A program made the position numbers and the translations under genes. A stretch of 64,000 bases of DNA from positions 4,269,987-4,333,986 of the forward strand of contig OZ241980.1 in NCBI GenBank assembly GCA_965204285.1. Reading direction: 5' to 3'. Source of the DNA: Candidatus Poribacteria bacterium (GTDB lineage: Bacteria > Poribacteria > WGA-4E > WGA-3G). This document shows, piece by piece, positions 38,343-47,803 of this stretch. Position 1 is the first letter of the stretch. Every line of letters starts with the position of its first letter. The notes under the pieces are model-generated. The model saw nothing but the letters and a program-made list of their open reading frames with translations, had not been told where the DNA came from and made no database searches.

Positions 38343-40700
38343 TTGAAACTTTTTACATCATATAAGGTATTACTGTCCAAACCTTTCTCAGACCGGAGTG
38401 TAGAATTTACCCGGATTGTTATTCTTGTTTTTATCGCGGGCATGCTTTTTGGGGCATCACACCCGATAGCAATGGCACAGCCTGTCCACATTCCGGACCC
38501 CGGCCTCCGTGCTGCTCTTGAATTAGCACTGGATAAAGAGATAGGTGAGGACATTACCGAGGCTGAGATGGCGAGTTTGAAAATACTTCAAGCAAGTAAC
38601 TGCCGTTTTTTATGGTTGTCGGAAATAGGACACTGGGCTGTAAATAGGCGATGGATATGTCAGTCTGCTGACGATACGTTGGGAACCGGTGATAATATGT
38701 TTGAATATGATATTCGAGATTTGACGGGCCTTGAGTTTGCTACTAATCTGACAGATCTGCATCTTGGCCGGAATCGGATATCTGATATTTCTCCACTCAA
38801 AGACTTGACAAACTTAACATATCTTGATCTCGGACTCAACCGGAGGATATCGGATGTGTCTCCACTTGAAAACTTAACAAACTTGACACACTTGAATCTA
38901 ACAGGTAATCGGATATCGGATGTGTCTCCACTTAAAAACTTAACAAAACTGGTAGACTTGGATCTCCAATACAATCGGATATCGGATGTGTCTCCACTTG
39001 AAAACTTAACAAACTTGATTTTTTTAGATATCCGCAGCAACCAGATATCAGATATATCTCCACTCAAAAATTTGACAAACTTGACACACCTGAGACTTAA
39101 AGAGAACCAAATATTTGATGTTACCCCGCTCAAAAACTTAACAGACTTATCACACCTTAGTCTTCAATCCAATCAGATATCGGATGTGTCCCAACTCACT
39201 TCCTTGGCAAATTTAGTTTATCTGGATCTTGACAGCAACCAGATATCAGATGTATCTGTGCTCAAGAACTTTAAAGAACTGAGACATCTGGATATTTCTG
39301 ACAACCAAGTATCGGATGTATCTCCCCTCCAAGATCTGATATTCCTGGGACGTCTGGATATTGACGATAACCCTCTATCGGATGTGTTCCCGCTCAGAAA
39401 ATTGACTAACCTTGTATTTTTAGATATTGATGATTGTCAGATATTAGATATTTCTCCTCTCAGAGACTTGATCAGGTTGACAGTTTTAGATCTTGATGAT
39501 AATAAGATATCCGATGTATTTCCTCTCAAGGACTTGACAAGATTGGTAGTTTTGGATCTTGATGGCAATGAATTATCGGATATATCTCCACTTGAAAACT
39601 TGACAAGACTGACAGAACTGGATCTTGATGGTAATCAGATATCGGATGTGTCCCCGCTCAAAGTTTTGAGAAATTTAAAACTACTTGATCTTCACAACAA
39701 CCTGATATCTGATTTGGCGCCACTCAGTGACTTAACAAGACTGGCTTTTCTGGATCTTGACGACAATCAGATATTAGATGTGTCTCCACTCAGAAATTTG
39801 ACAAACTTGACGGAACTGGATCTTGATGGTAATCAGGTATCGGATGTAACACCTCTTAAAGATTTAACAAATCTGACAGTGTTAGACCTCCGCGACAATC
39901 AGATATTAGATGTGTCTCCACTCAACGGTTTGGTAAACCTGAAAATCTTAGATATTAGTGACAACCATATATCTGATTTTTCTCCAATTGCCGGATTGAT
40001 AGATAATTTGGAGGAATATTATAACAGCAACCAAACATTTCCTGCCTACAAGCGGGAAGATGTGAACCGCGATGGTGTCGTGAATATTACTGATCTTGTC
40101 TTAGCAGCAACCAACTTTGACGATCCTGACTTGGGCGCACTTGCCCGGATAAACCTCTATCCAGATGTTAACAACGACGGTGTTGTGGATATTAGAGACC
40201 TGGTCCTTATTGCTGCAGAGATAGGTTCCGCTGCTGCACCTACACTTAGCAAAAATTCCATTATAGCAATAGAGCTCACTGCGAAGGACCTCACGCCGTG
40301 GATTGCTCTCGCAAAACAACTTGACACACAAGATATACAGATACAAAAAGGTATTGCTGTATTGGAGCAGCTTTTAGCTGCCCTTACTCTTTCCGAGATT
40401 TTACCGCGAGAGACAGCCCTGTTAGCGAACTATCCAAATCCGTTCAATCCTGAAACGTGGATACCGTATCAGCTGTCAAAACCGGCAGCGGTTACGATAT
40501 CTATTCATTCTGCGGATGGTAAACTTATTCGCTCATTATATATTGGGCGTTTGTCTGCTGGTATCTATCGTAGCAAATCCCGTGCGGCGTATTGGGATGG
40601 TCGAAATGAGTCGGGTGAACTTGTAGCAAGCGGTGTTTATTTTTATACACTCACTGCGGGTGATTATACTGCAACGAAGAAAATGCTTATCAAAAAGTAA
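38343..40700 (+). CDS. internalin-like LRR surface protein with C-terminal dockerin-like pair plus T9SS-type CTD (paralog 3)
   Basis: TTG start and AGGAG RBS. N-cap NCRFLWLSEIGHWAVNRRWIC. About 22 LRRs. Same C-terminal module. Confidence 0.75.
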   Translation: MKLFTSYKVLLSKPFSDRSVEFTRIVILVFIAGMLFGASHPIAMAQPVHIPDPGLRAALELALDKEIGEDITEAEMASLKILQASNCRFLWLSEIGHWAVNRRWICQSADDTLGTGDNMFEYDIRDLTGLEFATNLTDLHLGRNRISDISPLKDLTNLTYLDLGLNRRISDVSPLENLTNLTHLNLTGNRISDVSPLKNLTKLVDLDLQYNRISDVSPLENLTNLIFLDIRSNQISDISPLKNLTNLTHLRLKENQIFDVTPLKNLTDLSHLSLQSNQISDVSQLTSLANLVYLDLDSNQISDVSVLKNFKELRHLDISDNQVSDVSPLQDLIFLGRLDIDDNPLSDVFPLRKLTNLVFLDIDDCQILDISPLRDLIRLTVLDLDDNKISDVFPLKDLTRLVVLDLDGNELSDISPLENLTRLTELDLDGNQISDVSPLKVLRNLKLLDLHNNLISDLAPLSDLTRLAFLDLDDNQILDVSPLRNLTNLTELDLDGNQVSDVTPLKDLTNLTVLDLRDNQILDVSPLNGLVNLKILDISDNHISDFSPIAGLIDNLEEYYNSNQTFPAYKREDVNRDGVVNITDLVLAATNFDDPDLGALARINLYPDVNNDGVVDIRDLVLIAAEIGSAAAPTLSKNSIIAIELTAKDLTPWIALAKQLDTQDIQIQKGIAVLEQLLAALTLSEILPRETALLANYPNPFNPETWIPYQLSKPAAVTISIHSADGKLIRSLYIGRLSAGIYRSKSRAAYWDGRNESGELVASGVYFYTLTAGDYTATKKMLIKK

Positions 40701-40777
40701 TACCAAATCAGGTAATGCCAAACGGTCTTAATTCTGATAAAAATACCTTTTTAAGTGGCTACACTACAAGGAGCAAA

Positions 40778-43408
40778 ATGAGAACATCAATAGTATTATT
40801 TTTCATTTTCTGTCTGCTGTCAACAGCATTAGGTGACATCCAGTTTGAAGAAGTTTCACATCAAGCAGGCATCACCCGCATCGGTGAAAGTTGGGGAAAT
40901 GCATGGGGTGATTTTGACGGTGATGGTTATCTTGACTTATGGGCAACAAACCATAAGCATAAACCGAGCCTTTATCGGAACAACGGTGACGGAACTTTTA
41001 CAGATATTATTGACGAAGTCTGGAACGCGAATCCGCATGCCGATACACATGGTGTCGCGTGGGCAGATTTTGATAACGATGGCGACCAGGATCTAATTGT
41101 GTTATGTGGAAGTGGTGGTGGGAGAACAAGTGTAACTAATCCAACTCAGGATAACCATTTTTACATTAACGAAAATGGTATGCTTATAGAACGGGCGTCT
41201 GAGTTGGGTGTTGTATTTCCACTTTTACGAGGTAGAACACCTCTCTGGTTAGATTGGAATACCGATGGGGAGTTGGATCTTGTTCTAACTGGAATTCTCC
41301 GAATGGATGGGAACGGTGAGTTAGTGGCAGCCTCTTTATTTGAACAGACAACGGGTGGTTTTCAAGATGTAAGCTCTGCTTCAGGTTTTTTGATAGAAAA
41401 AAGTACTTCGTTAGCGCAACTGGTGGATATAACACACGATGGAGTCATGGATTTGGTTGTTCAAGGGAACCCTCATCCGCTGCAAGTATATGACATGTCT
41501 TCAATGTTTTTTAATCCTGTAACAACGCCTAACTTCCCGAAACGTTTTAATGTAAAAGATGCCGTTTATGCCGATTTCAACGGGGATTTGATGTTGGATA
41601 GTTTTCTTGGAAGAGGTGTATCCAGTTCCTACATTGACACACAAAATCCAAATAGAATGGTAGCCGGTATATCTGCCAACATGGAAGAAAAAGGTGTTAG
41701 TTTCAAAGCCGAAGGTGATGTGCATTTTGAAATCTATTCAGCTTGGGCAACTTGGCGTTCTCATCTATTAATTGGTGCCGAAGGACATCAATTAACACAA
41801 TTTGATGGTGAATTTATTGGAACAGACCCGATTCGTAATGTAGCATCTTTCAAATTTGTTCTATCTCCCGATGACCCTAAAGCAGTAGGGCTCAAAAATA
41901 GACCGGAATTTGAAAATCAAAGGATTTATGTCGGTTATGATCATGTGACGGAAAGATGGACCGTCCTGTTTCATACAATGCCTCGTAATAAGATCACTGG
42001 GAATATAACCATGAGTGCGATTATCCATTCATCTCAATCAATATCAGATGTAGAACCCATTAACTTTTCCACATCAGAATTACGGAACAGACCGCAATCA
42101 ATTCTTTTTATTAACGAAGGGAATAAACTTGCATCTACTAACGATGCTTTTGCAAGTGATGTTGTCTCAATTGGTTCAGGTGACTTTGATAACGATATGG
42201 ATGTGGACCTTTACCTCGTACGTTCAAGCAGTGTCGGGAATCTCCCAAATTACCTTTATGAAAACATGGGAGCTGGATCTTTTATTGAACACGATGCAGG
42301 AGGTGGCGCTGTTGCAAGCGAACAAGGAAGAGGACAAAGCGTCGCGGTGGCTGACTATGACAAAGATGGATACCTTGACCTTTTTGTCACGAACGGCAAA
42401 GGAGTGTTCCCCTTTAACAATGGACCTGACCAACTTTTCCGAAATACAGACAGTGGCAACAATTGGCTGCAAATTGATTTGGAGGGAACTGTTTCTAATC
42501 GTGATGGTATCGGCGCGCGACTTTTCGCAACAACACCTGATGGTAAAACTCAATTACGAGAAAACAGCGGAGGTATTCATTGGTGTCAACAGGACCAGAA
42601 ACGTATCCATTTTGGGCTTGCACAGAATGAGAAAGTCAGCGAATTGGTTATCCATTGGCCAAGCGGAATATTCCAAAAGTTGACCAACATAGAAGTTAAT
42701 CAAGTATTACACGTCGTTGAGGATGGGATTCAAACACAGCTTCCAGGGGATGTCAATCGAGATGGGCAGGTAGATATATTGGATCTCCTTGTTGTTGTAT
42801 CGCACTTTGGAGAAGATCCACCTTCAAACGCGCGAAGTGATACCAACAAAGATGGACAAGTAAATCTTGAAGATGTTGTTTGGATTATCAAGATTATTGA
42901 AGAGAACCAGAATAGTAATGCAGCGCCTGTTCAGAGACCTTCAACCCGATCTATTCCGAATACTATGTCAAACGGTATTGCCACGTTGTCGGACACGGAT
43001 ATAGCACTCCTTCATTCCTTTTATCAAAAAATTGAAGAAATGCAAGGGAACTCTACACAAATAGAATTGGTCAAACGATTTTTAAGACATCTACTAATGC
43101 CCGCGGATAATCCGTTGAAAACGAAACTCTATGCGAATTACCCGAATCCTTTTAATCCGGAAACATGGATTCCATATCAACTTGCGGAGGATGTTGAAAT
43201 TACTATACGTATCTATAACACAGCAGGTAAGATTGTAAGGACTCTTTTTTCTGGACATCAAAAATCAGGGTATTACATCACCCGTAGCAAAGCCGCATAT
43301 TGGGATGGTCAGAACGAATTCGGAGAAGCAGTTGCCAGTGGTGTCTATATCTATGAACTGGTAACCCCAAAAACTAAACACACAAAACGACTCGTAGTAA
43401 TAAAGTAA
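40778..43408 (+). CDS. FG-GAP repeat / UnbV_ASPIC (CRTAC1-like) protein with C-terminal dockerin-like pair plus T9SS-type CTD
   Basis: FG-GAP/VCBS motifs (DFDGDGYLDLW, DFDNDGDQDLIV, DYDKDGYLDLFV). ASPIC domain (RDGIGARLFATTPDGKTQLRENSGGIHWCQQDQKRIHFGL...IHWPSG). Then DVNRDGQVDILD / DTNKDGQVNLED and NYPNPFNPETWIPYQLA...GVYIYEL. Confidence 0.75.
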   Translation: MRTSIVLFFIFCLLSTALGDIQFEEVSHQAGITRIGESWGNAWGDFDGDGYLDLWATNHKHKPSLYRNNGDGTFTDIIDEVWNANPHADTHGVAWADFDNDGDQDLIVLCGSGGGRTSVTNPTQDNHFYINENGMLIERASELGVVFPLLRGRTPLWLDWNTDGELDLVLTGILRMDGNGELVAASLFEQTTGGFQDVSSASGFLIEKSTSLAQLVDITHDGVMDLVVQGNPHPLQVYDMSSMFFNPVTTPNFPKRFNVKDAVYADFNGDLMLDSFLGRGVSSSYIDTQNPNRMVAGISANMEEKGVSFKAEGDVHFEIYSAWATWRSHLLIGAEGHQLTQFDGEFIGTDPIRNVASFKFVLSPDDPKAVGLKNRPEFENQRIYVGYDHVTERWTVLFHTMPRNKITGNITMSAIIHSSQSISDVEPINFSTSELRNRPQSILFINEGNKLASTNDAFASDVVSIGSGDFDNDMDVDLYLVRSSSVGNLPNYLYENMGAGSFIEHDAGGGAVASEQGRGQSVAVADYDKDGYLDLFVTNGKGVFPFNNGPDQLFRNTDSGNNWLQIDLEGTVSNRDGIGARLFATTPDGKTQLRENSGGIHWCQQDQKRIHFGLAQNEKVSELVIHWPSGIFQKLTNIEVNQVLHVVEDGIQTQLPGDVNRDGQVDILDLLVVVSHFGEDPPSNARSDTNKDGQVNLEDVVWIIKIIEENQNSNAAPVQRPSTRSIPNTMSNGIATLSDTDIALLHSFYQKIEEMQGNSTQIELVKRFLRHLLMPADNPLKTKLYANYPNPFNPETWIPYQLAEDVEITIRIYNTAGKIVRTLFSGHQKSGYYITRSKAAYWDGQNEFGEAVASGVYIYELVTPKTKHTKRLVVIK

Positions 43409-43420
43409 AAGGCAAAAAAT

Positions 43421-44416
43421 ATGAAAAAAACCTCATTGGTTACTGGTGGAGCAGGTTTTATGGGTGCCCACCTCGTTAATGAGTTACTTCGCGATGAAAA
43501 TCATCAAGTGGTTGCACTTGATGACCTGAGCGGTGGATTTCACGAAAATGTCAATCCAAATGCAACATTTGTTGAAGGTAGTATACTTGATGTTCAACTA
43601 ATAAACCAACTCTGTGAGCAGTATAAATTTAACTATATCTATCATCTTGCGGCGTATGCAGCAGAGGGATTGAGTCACTTTATCAAACGATTTAACTATC
43701 AAAATAACCTTATCGGTAGTGTCAACCTGATAAATGCCGCTGTGAACTATAATGTTAAACGGTTTGTGTTCACCTCTTCCATCGCTGTTTATGGTGAAAA
43801 CCAACTTCCGATGCACGAAGGACTCATACCGATGCCTGAAGATTCCTACGGTATCGCCAAATATGCTGTAGAACAAGAATTGGTCGTTTCTAAACACCTC
43901 TTTGACTTGGATTACACCATTTTCCGACCACATAATGTTTATGGTGAACTTCAGAATATTAGTGATAAATATCGCAATGTTATCGGCATCTTCATGAATA
44001 AAATTATGCAAAATGAACCCTTGGTTATCTTTGGAGATGGAGAGCAGACACGCGCTTTTACACATATCGCAGATGTCGCACCGCATATCGCACACTGCGT
44101 AGATATACCGGAAGCCTCATGTGAAGTTTTCAATGTCGGTTCGGATAAACATGTTTCTGTCAATGAATTAGCACATCTCGTCATGACAGCCATGGAAAAG
44201 GAGGTACCTGTAAAACATCTTCGAGAAAGGGAAGAGGTGAAGCATGCCTATTGCACGCATGAAAAATTCCACAAGGTTTTTGGAGAAACGTCACAGGTTT
44301 CACTTCCAGAAGGTTTAGGTAGGATGACAACATGGGCAAAGTCTGTCGGACCACGGGATTCCACCTTATTTAAGGACATTGAAATTCGCAAAAACCTACC
44401 TGAAGGTTGGAAATAA
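43421..44416 (+). CDS. NAD-dependent sugar epimerase/dehydratase (extended SDR)
   Basis: VTGGAGFMGAHL (GxxGxxG). YGIAKYAVEQ (YxxxK). Confidence 0.8.
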   Translation: MKKTSLVTGGAGFMGAHLVNELLRDENHQVVALDDLSGGFHENVNPNATFVEGSILDVQLINQLCEQYKFNYIYHLAAYAAEGLSHFIKRFNYQNNLIGSVNLINAAVNYNVKRFVFTSSIAVYGENQLPMHEGLIPMPEDSYGIAKYAVEQELVVSKHLFDLDYTIFRPHNVYGELQNISDKYRNVIGIFMNKIMQNEPLVIFGDGEQTRAFTHIADVAPHIAHCVDIPEASCEVFNVGSDKHVSVNELAHLVMTAMEKEVPVKHLREREEVKHAYCTHEKFHKVFGETSQVSLPEGLGRMTTWAKSVGPRDSTLFKDIEIRKNLPEGWK

Positions 44417-44445
44417 TTTTCTCCATCTCTGGATTCCAAATTTGC

Positions 44446-45762
44446 ATGGTGAAAAAACTTCTACGGCACAATACCTTTTGGGTAATGGTGATTACCTTTG
44501 TTGGAATGGGATTAAGTCTACTCACCCGTGCCATCTTGATTCCTAAGCGGTTTGATATCGGCATAACATCAGACGCACTGATTACCGCATTAAAAGTGGT
44601 GTTATTAGTCGATACGGTGGTACGGGAAGGTGCTAAGTTTAGTCTTGTTCCGCTCTTTATCACATGCGAAAAGGAGATGACGGATACAGAATACCTGCGT
44701 TTTACAAATAGTCTACTCAACTTTTTGCTCTGTGTTGGTTTAGGTATATTTATCCTTATTGAACTTTCCGCACCTTGGATTGTGAGGGCATTATCGTCAA
44801 CCATTGATGCGCAGAAGACGACTACACTGTTGCGATTATCTGCCCCATTGATTATCTTTGGATGTGGTAGCACCGTACTGGGTGCGTTGCTGAACAGTCG
44901 GCAGCGTTTTAAGACGGTAGCTCTCCGAAACGCACTCCCTCCCGGTGTCGCCGCTGTAGTATTTTTGTTCCTGTGGCACACTGAAAACTTAGAAAATTGG
45001 ATAGCGATTGCATACACAGGGGGTTTTGTCTTATATTTTGGATGGTTGTGCATCGGGATGTATCGAACGGGACATCGGTTTCAGTTTGAAGGAATTTCCC
45101 TTGATACGCTGCGTTCTTTGAAAAACACGGTTACGCTGCCAACACTCGGTTTCACTGTTCGACAGGTTACGAATCGTTTGTTGGTTGAAGTATCCCTTGT
45201 CTCACAACTCGGAAGTGGGGCAGTTACGCTCTATGAATGCGCTTTCAGGATTTTCTCTGCATTACAGACACTTATCGGGATCAGTATTGCTACAACTGGC
45301 TTGCCGGATATGGCGACACAAGATGTGGAGGATAATCAGCTCAAATTGAGACGCACACTCAAACGGAACATAGCAACAGCATTTTGCATTGCACTTCCAG
45401 TGACATTACTACTTCTTTTGAGCCACACAAAAATTGTCTCGCTTTTGTATACTGGGAATAAATTTGATCACGCGTCAATTCAACAGATCGCGCAAGTACT
45501 CTTCTGGCTCAGCACAGGGATGGTTTTTTCGTGTTTGATACCTGTGTTAAACGCTGGACTCTATGCTCAAAAAGCGTACGGATTGATTTTTAGAAACATG
45601 TTAACGATGGCAGTTTTAAACTTTGCTTTGGCTTATGGATTTGTTAAAGCATGGGGACTTCTTGGTATCGCTTTAGCCGTTTCAGTCACTGCAATTCTTG
45701 CTGTAGCCAATTTGACATATTTACTTCGAAAAACAGGAATAGTCTTGCTACCGAGAGATTGA
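44446..45762 (+). CDS. MOP-superfamily polysaccharide flippase (Wzx/MurJ-like)
   Basis: About 440 aa and about 12-14 TM helices, with typical Wzx/MurJ topology. Overlaps the epimerase stop. Confidence 0.5.
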   Translation: MVKKLLRHNTFWVMVITFVGMGLSLLTRAILIPKRFDIGITSDALITALKVVLLVDTVVREGAKFSLVPLFITCEKEMTDTEYLRFTNSLLNFLLCVGLGIFILIELSAPWIVRALSSTIDAQKTTTLLRLSAPLIIFGCGSTVLGALLNSRQRFKTVALRNALPPGVAAVVFLFLWHTENLENWIAIAYTGGFVLYFGWLCIGMYRTGHRFQFEGISLDTLRSLKNTVTLPTLGFTVRQVTNRLLVEVSLVSQLGSGAVTLYECAFRIFSALQTLIGISIATTGLPDMATQDVEDNQLKLRRTLKRNIATAFCIALPVTLLLLLSHTKIVSLLYTGNKFDHASIQQIAQVLFWLSTGMVFSCLIPVLNAGLYAQKAYGLIFRNMLTMAVLNFALAYGFVKAWGLLGIALAVSVTAILAVANLTYLLRKTGIVLLPRD

Positions 45763-45829
45763 AGCATATTTTTAGTAGAATTGGACTCAACGATTACATT
45801 GAGGACTCGGTTTAATTCTGGACGAATTT

Positions 45830-46810
45830 ATGAGTACTCCTACAAAAAAAGTCAGTGATTACCGTTATCTAATTGTAGGTGGGACAACAAAGGCAGCAAC
45901 TACATCCTTGTTTGCATATCTCGCAGACCATCCCACAATTTGCGGTGCTACCTATAAGGAAACACGATTTTTCCTTGACAGTAACTATCCCTTGCCATCA
46001 AAATATCGATACACTGGAGATTTGGAGGAATACAATCTTCTGTTTTCTTCTTGTGATGATGATCAAGTTCGCCTTGATTCAACACCGGATTATCTGTATT
46101 GCCCACAAGCCCTTGAACGAATCGCTACATTTCTGCCACATGCCAAGATAATTTTTAGCCTTCGCGAACCGATTTCACGTTTAGTTTCATGGTATCGATT
46201 CGCGAAACAAATTGGGAAATTGCCGCAAAACCTAAATTTTGATGCTTATGTAGAAAAGCTTTTTGACATAGAAGAACATTTACAAGTGGACAGTACTTCC
46301 ACAGATGAAAAACCTATCACTGAACAGTACATGCAGGCACTTAGGCAAGGGTGTTATGCCTTATATCTGAAAGAGTATTTTAAACAATTTAAGTCAAATC
46401 GTCTCTACATCCTCTTTTATGAAGACCTTGCCGCATACCCTTCAAAAGTGCTTACAGAGTTATGCAACTTTGCTGGCATAGATGCTAATTTTTATGAGGG
46501 CTACGCATTTAAAGTCACGAATCGTACCGAAACGATGAAAAATTCGGAGTTTCATAAAAAGTATAGAGACTTCCGATTTCGCTTACGTCAATGGACACAT
46601 AACAAGCCTCTAATTCACAATCCTTTAAGGTTACTGAGACGAACAATTGAACCGCTTTATCTTCGATTAAACACACGTCCAACTGAAAACGTCCACATGT
46701 CAGAAGATACACAAAAGCAATTAATAAATTACTACAAAAGCGATGTCCGTGATCTTACAGAATTAATTGGAAAAATACCGCCTTGGGAACAATTTACTTC
46801 GGCCCCGTAG
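45830..46810 (+). CDS. sulfotransferase-family protein (PAPS-dependent)
   Basis: 5'-PSB-like P-loop YLIVGGTTKAATTSL. 3'-PB-like IIFSLREPISRLVS. Confidence 0.6.
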   Translation: MSTPTKKVSDYRYLIVGGTTKAATTSLFAYLADHPTICGATYKETRFFLDSNYPLPSKYRYTGDLEEYNLLFSSCDDDQVRLDSTPDYLYCPQALERIATFLPHAKIIFSLREPISRLVSWYRFAKQIGKLPQNLNFDAYVEKLFDIEEHLQVDSTSTDEKPITEQYMQALRQGCYALYLKEYFKQFKSNRLYILFYEDLAAYPSKVLTELCNFAGIDANFYEGYAFKVTNRTETMKNSEFHKKYRDFRFRLRQWTHNKPLIHNPLRLLRRTIEPLYLRLNTRPTENVHMSEDTQKQLINYYKSDVRDLTELIGKIPPWEQFTSAP

Positions 46811-46853
46811 TACGAAAGTTTCGTGTTAGGTATTTCATTCAAGGAGAGTCAGT

Positions 46854-47759
46854 TTGGTTGATAAGTTAATCCAACTCATGATTGTGGGGACGCAGAAGTC
46901 GGGAACGTCTTCGTTACTGCATTATTTAGCACAACATCCTGATATCTATACGCATCCACAACCAGAGATGACTTTTTTCCTCCAAAATCATGAATATACA
47001 CGCGGGTACGAATCGGCATTTGCTAAATATTTCTCTCAATCTCCAGAAGATAAAAAACTTATTGCCAAAAATGTAATGGTGATGCATTCTCCAGAGATAA
47101 TGCAACGAATTCATGAACATAATCCGGAAATACATCTTGTTGTGCTACTGCGGGAACCTGTGGCACGCGCATACTCCGCCTATTGGTGGGCAAGACGCAG
47201 AGGTTGGGAAAATATCAAGACATTTGAAGAAGCGCTTGCTGCTGAGGAAACACGCCTTGAGGAAGATTGGTTCAAATGGCGGCAGTGTGGGTATCTCAAT
47301 AACAGCACTTATTATCCGCACGTCAAAAGTTTAATTGCACAATTTGGAGAGAGACACGTTCACTGCCTTTTAACCGGTGAATTACAAATAGATCCTCTGA
47401 CTGTTTGTCAACGCCTCTATAAACTTCTCAATATCGGCACCGATTTTGAACCTATCGTGGAAGAAAGACATAACCAAGCAGCAATGCCTCGATCTGAAAA
47501 GTTTAATTTCCTCTTTACACAGTTTCTATCATCTCATAATCCATTGAAACGTGCGATTCGTAAACTTGTGCCAGATGCTGCCGCTTACAAATTAAGAAAA
47601 AAAATCCTAAACTGGAACGACAAACCTTTCACGCCGCCGCCAATGAACCCGAAGACACGCGAAGAATTAAAAAATTATTTTACACCTTTTAATCAAGAAT
47701 TAGCAGAATTATTAGGACAAGATTTATCACATTGGAATGCCCATAAAGCAGTTACGTAA
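46854..47759 (+). CDS. sulfotransferase-family protein (PAPS-dependent)
   Basis: MIVGTQKSGTSSL (5'-PSB, PKxGTT-like). VVLLREPVARAYSAYWW (3'-PB RxxxRxxS-like). Confidence 0.65.
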   Translation: MVDKLIQLMIVGTQKSGTSSLLHYLAQHPDIYTHPQPEMTFFLQNHEYTRGYESAFAKYFSQSPEDKKLIAKNVMVMHSPEIMQRIHEHNPEIHLVVLLREPVARAYSAYWWARRRGWENIKTFEEALAAEETRLEEDWFKWRQCGYLNNSTYYPHVKSLIAQFGERHVHCLLTGELQIDPLTVCQRLYKLLNIGTDFEPIVEERHNQAAMPRSEKFNFLFTQFLSSHNPLKRAIRKLVPDAAAYKLRKKILNWNDKPFTPPPMNPKTREELKNYFTPFNQELAELLGQDLSHWNAHKAVT

Positions 47760-47803
47760 TGCTCAAACCAATAAATACTCCTTATCCGATTAGTATGTGA
47801 AAA

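Noticed and set aside
32673-40700. Abundant N-x-T sequons (NLTNLT) in LRR proteins as evidence of N-glycosylation targets
   Set aside because: NLT is intrinsic to the LRR consensus (L..LTNLT.L). Bacterial PglB-type sequons require D/E at -2, which is mostly absent.
42129-42683. 184-aa plus-strand ORF in an alternate frame inside the FG-GAP gene
   Set aside because: It lies fully inside a well-supported CDS with FG-GAP/ASPIC motifs in another frame. No independent support.
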